The notes below the pieces were generated by a model. That model searched no databases. It had not been told where the DNA came from and saw nothing but the letters and a program-made list of their open reading frames with translations. This document shows positions 14,353-30,385 of a DNA stretch of 64,000 bases, one piece after another (positions within the stretch are counted from its first letter, which is position 1; every line of letters begins with the position of its first letter). The position numbers were made by a program, and so were the translations under genes. This stretch comes from the human T2T-CHM13v2.0 reference genome, Homo sapiens: assembly GCF_009914755.1 (NCBI RefSeq), contig NC_060934.1; one strand, 5' to 3'.

Positions 14353-14408
14353 ATACACACACACACACACACATATATACACGTGCATATATATATGTGT
14401 ATATATAT
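14353..14408. repeat. (CA)n/(TA)n microsatellite
   Basis: Seen directly. Confidence 0.9.
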
Positions 14409-14700
14409 AGTCAGGTGCAGTGGCCCACACTTGTAATCCCAGTACTTCGGGAAGCCAAGGTGGGAGGATCACTTGAGCCTAGAAGTTTGAAACCAGCCTA
14501 GGCAACATAGGGAGGCCCATCTCTATAAAAAAAATAAAAATAAATTAGCTGGGCATGGTGGCGCATGCCTGTGGTCCCAGCTACTTGGAAGGCTGAGGCA
14601 GGAAGATCACTTCAGCCCAGAGCTCAAGGCTGCAGTGAGCTGTGATGGCACCACTGCACCCCAGCCTGGGTGACAGAGAGAGATCCTGTCTCTAAAAAAT
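14409..14700 (+). mobile_element. Alu (J-like)
   Basis: Full dimer. Confidence 0.9.
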
Positions 14701-15031
14701 TTCTTAAATGCAGTCACACACACTAAACAAAGGGGAAATAAGGTTTTAGAGCAGTAATTCCATCTATCATTGTTTTCTTGGTCATTTTTCCATGGAAAAC
14801 TATTTTTGTATTCAAAGTCAACACTCATTCTCTTATATGTTTACATTCAGAACTGAAGACCTTAACTGGAATTAACTTAAAACATTTGTAGAAAATCAGA
14901 TGCAAACATGAACAAACTAAGAGATTTTACCACAAACAATGATGTAGAGGCAGGTAGTCTGCAAGGTCAGAACCATGCCTTCAGAAGCAGCAATTTTAAG
15001 TGAGACCTGAATCTCCTATACTCAAAGGTCT

Positions 15032-15454
15032 TGCATTAGTCAGGATTCTCTAGAGGGATAGAACTAATAGGATAGATATGTATCTATATAAATGGGAGTT
15101 TATTAAGTAGTATTAACTCACACAATCACAAGGTCCCACAATAGACCACCTACAAGCTAGGAGCAAGGAAGACAGTCCGAGTCTCAAAGCTGAAGAAAGT
15201 CTGACGTTCCAGGGCAGGAAGCATCCAGCGCAGGAGAAAGTTGTAGGCTGGGAGGGTAAGCCAGTCTGGCCTTCTCATGTTTTTCTGCCTGCTTTATATT
15301 CTCTGGCAGCTGATTAGATGGTGCCCACCAAGATTAAGGGTGGGTCTGCCTTCCCCAGCCCACTGACTTTGGCAACACCCTCACAGACACACCCAGGATC
15401 AATACTTTGCATCCTTCAATCCAATCAAGTTGACCCTCAGTATTAACCATCACA
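15032..15454 (-). mobile_element. MLT2A (MLT2A1-like) HERV-L solo LTR
   Basis: Minus strand reads tgtgatggttaatactgagggtcaacttgattggattgaagg...cctgactaatgca. TG...CA ends; TATAAA and AATAAA present. Confidence 0.88.
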
Positions 15455-15579
15455 AGTTTCATTTCAAGATTAATAATATCCTTGTCCATTTAATCATAAA
15501 AAGGAATGCTTATTATGTGCCAACTTTTCCAAGTGCTTTATATGTATTAACTAATTTACTCCTCAGAAAAATCCTGTAA

Positions 15580-15906
<327 letters not shown>

Positions 15907-15911
15907 TCCTA

Positions 15912-16593
<682 letters not shown>

Positions 16594-16859
16594 TTATGCA
16601 CTTAACCACAGTTATACTCCCTCTACTCTCTATGGAGAATTTATCAACTTAATTTAGTCAAATTTGGTTATCAGTACCAGGCTTAAGGGAATTTAAATGT
16701 CAGTTAACTGCTGTGTAACAATGAATCAAAATCTATTTATTCCATCATCACCTTTTTTTCAGGAAAATAGTAGCAACATTACTTGAATGACAACTTTGGG
16801 ATCATATTTTACTACTTCTCTTTCATTCATTTGTCCCAAATTCCTGCCTTTGCCATGGG

Positions 16860-17700
16860 ACTCTAGGCAGTTGACAAACTCTGTGAGCCTCAGAGTCATC
16901 ATTTATAAAATAAGGTTAGTGATACCTTACTCATGTGAGAATTAGATGAGATAAAGTATACAAAGCATTTGATGCAGTGCTTTTTCACTCAGATAACTAC
17001 CGTTGCATTCCATTGCCTGATGTATCAAATCCAAACTTTTGCGTGGCTTTCAAAGTCTCCCTAGAAATGGCTAGATCCCACCCATCTTGATTTATTTCTT
17101 GCCTTACTTGATATATAAACTTTCTTCTGTCTCTATTCCTCTTGGGACATACACACCTTTCTTTTCCTCTCTTTTTCATTATCCACATGTTTAAGACCTA
17201 GTTTAAGTTCAGTCTTCTCCGTGAAAGCATCTCCAGTTAAACTATATTGTTCTTTCCCTTTTTTGAACTCCTGTTGCAGTTATAATAGATGTTACATTGT
17301 GTGATATTTCACAAATTCTTTGATATATGCTAGGTTTCTCTTTCCATCTAGATTCTAAGCTCCTTGAGAAGATAGATCATGTCTTAATATTTTTCCTGTA
17401 TCTCCCCCAGAGGATCTAACAGAGTATCATAACTATTGTTCTATGAGATCTAATGAGCTCACAGCTATTGTTCAACAAATACTTATTACCTGATTGAAGA
17501 AAATAAGCTCCTAAAAATACCTGATAATATTATATAGGTCTTTATATTGTCAGGGTGTTTTTATAACACTGTTAATACTTAATCCATATAATAGTCACAG
17601 AAAATAGGTAGAACAGATATTATCTTCATTTTTTAGGTAATAACACTGAGTTTAAATTACATTGTGGCTTGCCCAAGGATTCTTGGTAAGTAGCGTTATT
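16860..17700. mobile_element. Degraded MIR and L2 fragments
   Basis: MIR core at ~16870-16990 and L2 3' end at ~17330-17495. Confidence 0.5.
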
Positions 17701-17764
17701 GACCCCACCCTCAACCCCTGCCATTCCAGTCCATTGTCCGTTCTCTATCAGGCTGCCAAAATAA

Positions 17765-18915
<1,151 letters not shown>

Positions 18916-19569
18916 CTAAGCCCGAACTAGACTAAAACTATGGCTTTTTTGCTCCTAATCAAGTGTACTTCCCATGAACATTTAATTTTTCCTACTTTTT
19001 GTGGAAGCACTTATACCTTTGGAACTACAGTAAGAATTGATGTTCAGAATAATGACATTAAGATGTGCTGTAGGATTCTCTATTATCAAAGAAAAATTTT
19101 ATTCAGTTCAATAAACTAAACTAATTAAAGCAGGGATGTCATGGCATATTATTATATTAACACATTTAGAAAGATTTCCAAATAAAAAGACTTTCTGCTT
19201 TTTCTTTAGTTAACTAGAAAATTAAATTAACTCAGAGCTCTTTATGCCTCAAAAGTCCTTGTTAATTAGGATTGTTCTATAAATCTCTATTATTAGCAGA
19301 GTTCATCATCTTTTTTATTGCCCTGTTTATTAGGGCAGTCTAAGCAGGGTGTCTTTGCTCATATCCTGATATGTGTGTCCTAGTGAAAAGAAAAGCATTT
19401 CCGGATTCTCATTTTTTCCCTATTCCTTGATATAGGCATATTTCATGCTGTTAGTATAACAATTTAGTTTCCTTCTATCAGTTCTCTCCATAAAGCTGGA
19501 ATGATATTATTGACCTATGAAGCAAAATAATTAAATTTAAGGTCTGTTTAAAAGCATTAATGCTTTGTG

Positions 19570-20720
<1,151 letters not shown>

Positions 20721-20934
20721 AAACAAACAAAAACATTTTAATACTATGGATATTACCTTATTATAAGCAATGGCATAAGAATGTGAAGGGTTCTGGTTTT
20801 TACGTAGTCATACTTTTCACTTTCTGGAGAAGTTTTTACCATCACTTTTCTGTTTCTTCCATGCCTATTGATGCTGGGTCAGAGGCAGTGGCAGGGGTAG
20901 TGACTGAATTTTACCTTGAGGTTGAAAAACACCA

Positions 20935-21208
20935 GGCCAAGTGTGGTGACTCATGCCTGGTGTTTAGGAGGCTGAGGCAGGAGGATCACTTGAAGCCAAG
21001 GGCTCAAGACCAGTCTGGAGAACACAGCAAGACCCTGTCTCTACAAAAAAAATTTAAAAATTAGCCAGGCATGTTGGCTTGCACCTGTAGTCCTAGCTGC
21101 TCAGGAGGCTGAGGCAGGAGGATCCTTTTAGCCCAGGAGTTTGAGGCTACAGTGAACCATGATCACACCACTGCACTCCAGCCTGGGAGGCAGAGTGAGA
21201 CCTTAGCT

Positions 21209-21211
<3 letters not shown>
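20935..21211 (+). mobile_element. Alu (J-like)
   Basis: Dimer whose tail has become a GA repeat. Confidence 0.88.
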
Positions 21212-21267
<56 letters not shown>

Positions 21268-21322
21268 AGGAAAATGAAGAAAGGAAGGAAAAGGAAGAGA
21301 GAGAGAAAAGAAAGAAAGAAAA
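21212..21322. repeat. (GA)n / purine-rich simple repeat
   Basis: Seen directly. Confidence 0.92.
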
Positions 21323-22302
21323 ACACCTGCCTACCTGCCTTTCAACCTGCTGGATCACCTTCACTTGTATCTTCTCAACAGTTTAGGACATCAACAAAAC
21401 AGTAACAATGTGGCATTTTAAAAATTCTTTGAACAAAATTTTCTAAGGATATCGTGAGGTTGTGTGTATCTAGTGCTAAAATATATAGTTAATTTAGTGG
21501 AGGTAAACCTGCAGAAACATTTAATTGTTTGGCATTGAGTAACTGGATTTGTATTATTGTTCAATTAGATATTGTGGCAATTGTAGAAACTTAACCATCT
21601 CTAATATAATTGACTTTCATTATTGATGCATGAAGATGTTTTTATTCTAATTAGATTGGCCTCTTAAGTGATTAGGTAGTGAAGCTTGTCTCATATTTAA
21701 GTGAAGAGTAAATTATTTGTATGAAGTGTCTAGAGGATGCCTAAAATTGATTATTTTGTATTCTAGGTAAGCTAAATTTTATTGTTTTGAATGAAGGCAC
21801 TCTGCAAGTCTTATCTAATAAATGACACAAAACAAATCTGTTATCAACTGAATTGTTAGTGTTTGTTTCCTGTCTGCTTGGGGAAGCTTATGATTTAGTG
21901 GTTTTTTAGAAATCCAGAAAGTAGGAATAATAATTATTCCCAACCCTTTTCCTTCTCACTTTACAAAAAGTTTGTGAAGAATTGAGAAATAAATGCTACG
22001 AATAATCTTAAGCTCTTAGGTAGAAGTACTTGATCAAAACTAACCAGGTCATTTTTCTACAATTAGTGCAGAAAGCTAGTTTTTACTAATTGTTCCCACA
22101 GCTACTCCAGGCCCATTTCATGCCTAAGAAAACTAGGTCCCAGTGAGAGTCATGTGAGTGTTGTAGGCTTCATTGGTTGAATAACGTCCTTACCTGTAAG
22201 TGTATATTCAGATTTAGTGAATGTACTTCATGTGTTCATATAATAAATTTCCTAGAATAGCTATGGAGTAGGTCATGCCGGTAAAAACTGTTAGTTTTGT
22301 GA

Positions 22303-22604
<302 letters not shown>

Positions 22605-23003
22605 TGACTTTTTATAATAGATCTGTAAACCAGCTTAAGTCATTTGAAAATCAGAGCATACTGAAAATGTAATAAAACATAAATATTATTGAAGATTTTT
22701 CAGAGTCATCATTTTGAAAGGAGTTCTTGTAGTTCTTTAGATAATAGAAAATAATGAAAACTGAGTTTATGACGCATCTTTTGCATATATGATATTCTTA
22801 TATACTTATCTGTACTGATAAGTATAAAAAGGTAGAAAATAATTCTACTTTGTATTTCAGGAAATTGAGCTTCATATGAAAACTAAGGATAAAGTATCTC
22901 AATGATGTGTGTGTGTGTATATATATATATATATCTCCAGAAAAAATCATTATAAAGCTGCATTTATGTAGAATTTTCAGCAATTTAGATAAATAAGTCA
23001 TGA

Positions 23004-23305
<302 letters not shown>

Positions 23306-23929
23306 AGAAGTCATGATTCTTAAGAATAAAATTCAAAATAATCTCTTCCGTTGTCGATTAGGTTCTGTTCATAAATAAATATTTATGCAGTCAAAAATGA
23401 ATAATTGTTTTCAAACGAGGAGCTCAAGGAATTCTATGTAATTTTGGTTTACTTACTATTTATATATAATTATTTTCCAATCTGTAAGTCTAGTGATTAA
23501 TTCTTATATTACCTAAAATGTTTTATAGACATGTTAGATTATTACATAATGTAAATGTATTGTAAATAGTAATGGTTTCATTAACTTGAGCTCATTTTAC
23601 TTATTTAGTACCTGTTTGGTTTTAGTTTATAGTTGTTATTTCCCTGTATAGTGTAGCTTGTACTTGGAAGTAGTAAAACCAGATTTCTTTATAAGTATTT
23701 ATGGTACAGACCTTTTCCTAAATCAGACTGCAGACCTTTCCTGAGTATTTCTAATAAAGTCTGCTTACATTTTTTTTTTGGCCTGCATAGTAGTTTGTGC
23801 TATATATACTCTCTAGAAAATGTAATTCTGGATATTTGTGCCATAACTTTCAATTAATCAAAATCTTGTCAACTGCCATATAGGCCCTCATGTTACAAAA
23901 TGTGGAAAGTTCAGTTACTTAAAGAGTTT

Positions 23930-24523
23930 GGCTGGGCATTGTGGCTCACACCTAATCCCAGCACTTTGGGAGGCTGAGGCAGTCAGATCACTTGAGGTCA
24001 GGAGTTCAAGACGAGCCTGGCCAACATGGCAAAACCTATCTCTACTAAAAATACAAAAATTAGCTGGGCGTGATGGCACATGACTGTAATCCCAGCTACT
24101 TGGGAGGCTGAGGCAGGAGAATTACTTGAACCAGGAGGCGGAGGTTGCAGTGAGCTGAGATCACGCCACTGCACTCCAGCCTGGGCAATAGAATGAGACT
24201 CCGTCTCAAAGAAAAAAAGTTTAAGCCAGATGCAGTGGCTCATGCCTGTAATCCTAGCACTTTGGGAGACCAAGGCAGGAGGATTGCTCGAGCACAGGAG
24301 TTTGAAACCAGCTTGGGCAACAAAGTGAGACCCTGTCTCTACCCACCCGCCCCCCAAAAAAAAGCAAAAAATTGACCAGCTGTGGTGCTGCGTGTCTGTG
24401 GTCCCAACTACACAGGAGGCAGAGAGAATCCCTTGAGCCCAGGAGGTCAAGGTTGGAGTGTGTTATGATTATACAACTGCACTCCAGCCTGGATGACAGA
24501 GCAAGACCTAAAAAAAAAAAAAA
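23930..24523 (+). mobile_element. Two tandem Alus (23930-24218 S-like; 24224-24523 J-like)
   Basis: Two dimers with A tails. Confidence 0.9.
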
Positions 24524-25378
24524 GATTTTAAAAAAGATTGACTAAGTGAATGAGTCCTCTTCTTGAATATCAGTCATTCCAGGAGAGTATTTTCATTAAC
24601 ATATTTATGTCTCTTGTTGAAAGTATCCATTAAGAGCAGGTAGCAAAAGCTAGACAGAATATGCTTTTGAAGATTCTCTATGCTCTTTATTAATACCTTT
24701 CTTAAGTTTCTCAAGATCTCCTTTTGCCTCCCTCTTGATCTTAAACGAGACTGAAGTTTAAGAGTCTTTAGCCACTCTGTCCCCATAGGGATGCAAATTT
24801 ATGATTTCAGAAGTTCCAGCCCCCAATAAGAAGCACTGTCCAATCGTTTGCAGATGTATCTTGTAAGCCAGATTTCATGACAGATAAGTCCATTCCACTG
24901 TCATGTGCCATGTTTAAAGTACTAAATTAGGTTACTCTGTAGTCAAAACAAGTAAGCCCTGGTCCAGACTACTCTAGGGCAAAATCCCGTTGCACTGTCC
25001 CTTTTGTTCTGCCCATGCATTCAGTTGTAGCTTTCCCTTTTGCCAGTTGACAGATAGTGACTTCTTTGCAAAACATAACCAGATTAGGTTATTTTTAGTA
25101 AACCAACTAAAATAAAAAATTCTTGACATTGGGAAGAAGTATTTTAACAGAATAATAGTAATGTTTTTATTGTGCCATTGTGATTTTCTATAAAGAAACA
25201 CCCAATATTCATTATTTATATTTTTTTAAATTTACAACTCTTTAACTGTATCCAACATTTCACTGCCAGGAATATAGTCAGGCTCGAAGCTTTTTTAGAA
25301 ACCCATGATCCAATCCATACCAACACTTCCTTTAGTTTATGGCTTCTGTTCATTTGCACTGTCCAGAAAGGTACTGCT

Positions 25379-25470
25379 ACCATTTGTAGTCACTCCAAAA
25401 AAAAGTGTGAACTACCTAGGTATAACTCTCATAAGACGTATACAGCAGCATCTGTATGCTGAAAGTTACC
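25379..25470 (+). mobile_element. Isolated ~90-nt L1 ORF2 (RT region) fragment
   Basis: Encodes PFVVTPKKSVNYLGITL..LYAESY, similar to L1 ORF2 PFTIASKRIKYLGIQL..LFKENY. Confidence 0.7.
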
Positions 25471-25597
25471 AAAAAAGTATTACTTGCAGATGATTTTGCA
25501 CCTTAGTTCCCAAGTGCCCCTGTACAGAATATGGAGCTTATGTCCTGTCTCTCTTTGAATGATGAGTGATGAAGGAGCTTCAGATGTTACTGGGTGA

Positions 25598-25750
<153 letters not shown>

Positions 25751-26656
25751 TAATTTATTTCATTCTTACTTACAAGTAAAACATTTTAACCCTTGTTTCT
25801 ACCATATAACCAAGATTTATTCATTTAGTAACTTCTAATTTCTTCTTTTAAATAATTAACTTCTGAAGTTCTTTCCATATACTTCTATCATTGTCAGTAT
25901 TAGAGGGTTTTACCAGAGGAAAAATATGTGTTTGGAAAAGATAATTTGCTACTATGCTGTACCCCAGTCATTTTCACAAGATTAATTGTATCTGTCAGAA
26001 AATTGCATAAACAAACTGCATCAAGTACAGTATATAGTATATTCATAGCCCTTCAGGCTTAAATGTTAACACATTTTTGTTCTTTAAAACAAGTTGTGAT
26101 GAATATTAAACAGTATGCTAATAACTAAGGATGATGTCTTTTGATGATAATCCTTTGGTTAAAACATCTGTTTCAAACACAATAGTGGTTGTTTGTTATA
26201 CTAAAAAGGGTTAAATTTTTGCCTATTTTTGGCTCAATAAGAACTGGCAAATTTTATGTGAACTAATGATTTTGGTAATGAATACTCAAAAATAAAATCA
26301 AAACAATAGAAGACTTGGCTTGATGACTTAGATTGATCTAAAATCTGATTCAAAAATTCTTTTGATAAGTCTAAATTCCTTCTAGTTAAGTGTAGTTAAT
26401 TAAGCTAGTTTATAGTCTCTAGAAAGCTTTCGCTTCCTCACAGATACCCCAAAGGGGTCTTTCCTGGTCTCTGTTTCTTTCTCTTAACATCAAGCCAGAC
26501 CAGGTTAATTTAAAAAAAAAAAAAAAAAAGCAAGCAAGTGGAGCTGATGATTGTCCCTTTTTCTCTGGAGGATAATTTGAATCATGGGAAACTTATTTAA
26601 GTTTGTGTGATGGTTTTAACTTAATATTTTATTTTAATAGTCTTTTGCCAACATAA

Positions 26657-26899
<243 letters not shown>

Positions 26900-27656
26900 T
26901 AAATGAACTATTAACCATTAGGATGCCCCATGCCCTTGTTCTTTGGAAAGAGTCTGTACCACAGACAACATTCTACTTCACTGTTATGATTGTGTTTTTT
27001 ATTTCCTTGCTCGGAAAGTCTTCATTATTGATAATATTAGAGTACTTAGCAGCCAATTTTCCTATTTTTTACTTTTTAGAGCTATAGATGTATGTAGGCT
27101 AAAATATTTTATTCTGAATTTAACCATATTCTGTAATACATTAAGAAAACCCTAGTGATTTCTTGGTTAGAAATTGGTCAAACCAGGAATCTTAGTCTAG
27201 AAACTTTTAAACTTATACACTGTATGTACATTACTTAAGTACTTTAAAATCTTTAAAACATGAAGTATTCTATTTCTTTGACATTCAGTGGGACACATAA
27301 TGAGGCCATCATAGATTTGATGGTGACCTAAATAGCCACTACCTCTGGCCTTGGGTTACTTGGCTTCCTGGCCCGGCAACAACAGATTCTGTTACAGACA
27401 CCTAACTATCTGTAATGCTACCGATACTAGGTGAGAACATGTAGACTTTTTGAGGGAGGGAGAGGCCATTCTTAGGATACTGAGGTAGGAACAGCTAGCT
27501 ACCATTTGTATTGTGGTTACAACGATAAATAAACTACTTCATCAAAGCAATTGGGATTTTTTTGTTAGAGGATTTTTCAGCCTCTTTTTATCCTACTTCA
27601 TTATATTTATTGTTGGGGTATAGTTAGGTAAGCAAAAAAGAAAAAGAGTATAGAAC

Positions 27657-27877
27657 AGGGATCCACAGTCGTCTTTTTTAAAGGCCAAATAGTGACTATT
27701 TTAGGCTTTGCAAGTCATATACAGGCTGTATTGCATATCTTCTTGTTTTGTTTGCTTCCTTGTGTTTTGTTTTTTTACAGCACTTTTAATACGTAAAAAC
27801 CTTTCCTAGCTCTCCAGCTGTACAAAAACATACCATAGGCCAGAGTTGGCCTACAGACTATAGTTTGCCAAACCCTC
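27657..27877. mobile_element. MER58-family hAT-Charlie MITE
   Basis: aaggccaaatagtgactattttaggctttgc ... tagtttgccaaaccc. Confidence 0.75.
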
Positions 27878-28189
27878 TTTAAATCATGGGCAGCTTCCTC
27901 ACTTTATTCATTTCTAGCATTTCAAAGCTCCAGACACTGGATTTCACTATACATTGTTGAAATCAGAATAGAGAAAGTAGAAAGCAGGTAGAAACTAGGC
28001 AGGACTTTACTGGTAATACAATTAGATAGCCATTTTTCTCACTTTGAACCTACTCAGTTCCCAGGGTAATCAGATCCCAAAACACTGGGTCATGCAATGA
28101 GATGAACATCCTAATGTCAGTTTATTAATAGAATACTTATGTTGCCATCTTTAGCACATTCTGTCAAATGTGAATCAAGCTACAAAGTA

Positions 28190-28455
28190 ATAGCAATAGA
28201 TAACTTTTATACAGTACCTACTAACCAACCAATATCTTAAACACTTTATATATATATTAACTAATTTAGTGTTCACAAAAACTTCTTGGGGTAGATTATT
28301 TTTACCCCTATTTTACTGATGAAAAAAACAGAGACAAAGAAAGGTGAGATAATGTGCCCATAGTCTCATGGCTAGAGAGTAGCAGAGCCAGGATTCAAAC
28401 CCAGAAAGTCTGGCTCCAAAGTCAGTGCTTTTACTCACCACACTAATACTGCTTC
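28190..28455 (-). mobile_element. MIR
   Basis: cccctattttactgatgaaaaaaacagag...gcagagccaggattcaaacccag. Confidence 0.75.
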
Positions 28456-28816
28456 TCTAAACATTTATGTAAATCTCACCATTAGAACTGAGAACCACAG
28501 ACCAGCCTTCCTGACAAAAGCTGGTTTTGCCAGAGAATCTTCCTGTTATCTGAGTAGATGACTTACTTTATTGAAAAGGATCTGTTGTAATCTGACAGGG
28601 TTCTGGGGACTCTAAGGTAAGATTGTTGAGGAAAAGAAAGAAAAACTGAAAGGGAAGAGAATCCAAGAACTGTAGTCCCTGGTGAGTTTCAACCAAGAGC
28701 TTTTTGCTAAGCAGTAGAATCGATTGCACTACAGAGATACAGAAAGCCAGATGATAAACTTGCTTGGTTAGCATGGGCTCCAAATAAGAGAGTTATATGA
28801 ATCAGCTGTTTAATAG

Positions 28817-29675
28817 TGAAGCAGGATATTTCCCTAAGCCCTTCTCAGGCAGAAATTGCAGTGTGTGGGCGCAGGAACTAGCCAGCCACTTTGGTGCCAG
28901 CAGGAGCGAACTTCACTCACTCGCTTCTCCACTGCTCACAGGAGGGTGAGCACACGTGAGCAGGTGCAGGAGCTGGGCTGAGCGCTTTTGGGCACTGGTA
29001 AGAGCGAACTCCATACCAGACCAGTGGCAGCATCTAAGGGAAGCTGCCCGTGACCCCTGGATCCCCAGAGGAAGCGTTACAGTGCCCTTTTAGCTTTGCT
29101 GTCTGTAGACAGCTTAAGCATTAACAGCTCAGTTGAGTGACCCTCCATTGTCACCAATGTGACAGCCCTTTGCACCCACACTCATGGCACCCGAGTTCTT
29201 GTCCGGCATCCAGGATAAATGAGGTCACACAAACGAGTTGGAGATGGTAAATGCAGGGGATTTTATTGCCGATGAAAGTGGCTCTCAACAGGAAGGGGAG
29301 CTGAAAGGGGGATGAAGCAGGAAGATAATCCCCTGGAGTCCGGTCATCCCCAGCCAGACTCCTCTCCAAAGCTATGCCATCAAGCTGTCCCTCTGAAGTC
29401 AAGCCGCTTCTCTCCGATGTCCAACCGTGGTCTACAACATCCAGCTGCTTCTCCTCTTCTTTCTCTGTTGGCTGAGCCTGGGGTTTTTATGGGCACAGGA
29501 TTGTGGGTGGGGTGGGCCATGGGTGATTTTGGAAAAGGCAACATTTGAGCAGGAAAACAAGGATGTAAGTTCTCACTTTGGGCCATGGTATTAGGCTTTT
29601 TGGCTTTAGGATGGGGCGCTCACCAGAGACCTACCCTCTTCTGCCCAGAAATTTGCCTGCCTCCTGTCCCTATCA
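28817..29675 (-). mobile_element. LTR1-family ERV1 solo LTR (859 bp)
   Basis: TG...CA termini with a perfect 4-bp TSD ATAG (28813-28816, 29676-29679). Minus strand begins tgatagggacaggaggcagg...; cataaaaa TATA-like box and aataaa present. Confidence 0.85.
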
Positions 29676-29824
29676 ATAGCACCCATCTAACAACTGATGC
29701 ATCTATCTTACAACAGAAATGGTCTTGTTAGTTGGAAATACTAAAAGATCCATTGGTTAAAACCCCCTGCTCCCTCTCCACACCAGCAGGAGCCTTTCTA
29801 CTGGGATTGGAAATAACAGCTGTT

Positions 29825-30013
29825 GGCTTGACACAGTGGCTCACACCTGAAATCCTAGCACTTTGAGAGGCCAAGGCAGGCGGATCACTTGAGGCCAGGA
29901 ATTTGAGACCAGCCTGACCAACATGGCGAAACTCTGTCTCTACTAAAAATACAGAAAATTAGCTGGTCATGGTAACATGCACTTGTAGTCCCAGCTACTC
30001 AGGAGGCTGAGGC
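29825..30013 (+). mobile_element. 3'-truncated Alu
   Basis: Left arm plus the start of the right arm; no tail. Confidence 0.88.
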
Positions 30014-30019
30014 CCTGCC

Positions 30020-30070
30020 CGTATGGAAAAATTAACAAAATGGATCAAAGACTTAAATGTAAGTACTAAA
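30020..30070 (+). mobile_element. Tiny L1 ORF2 fragment
   Basis: aaaattaacaaaatggatcaaagacttaaatgtaag (KWIKDLNV). Confidence 0.65.
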
Positions 30071-30072
30071 TC

Positions 30073-30385
30073 AGCCAGGTGTGGTGGCTCATGCCTGTAA
30101 TCCCAGCACTTTGGGAGGCCGAAGCATGTGGATCACTTGAGGCCAGGAGTTTGAGACCAGCCTGGCCAACATGGTGAAACCCCATCTCTACTAAAAATAG
30201 AAAAATTAGCCGGGCATGGCGTTGCATGCCTGAAGTCCCAGCAACTTGGGTGGCTGAGGCAGGAGATTCACTTGAACCCAGGAGGCAGAGGTTGCAGTGA
30301 GTCAAGATCTTGCTACTGCACTCCAGCCTGGGTGACAGAGTGAGACCCTGTCTCAAAAAAATTAATTAATTAATTAATAAAATAA
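30073..30385 (+). mobile_element. Alu (Sz-like)
   Basis: Full dimer with (TAAT)n tail. Confidence 0.92.

Noticed and set aside
28817-29675. Coding ERV or ORFs 29151-29586
   Set aside because: Solo LTR with TSD on both sides; no gag/pol/env sequence.
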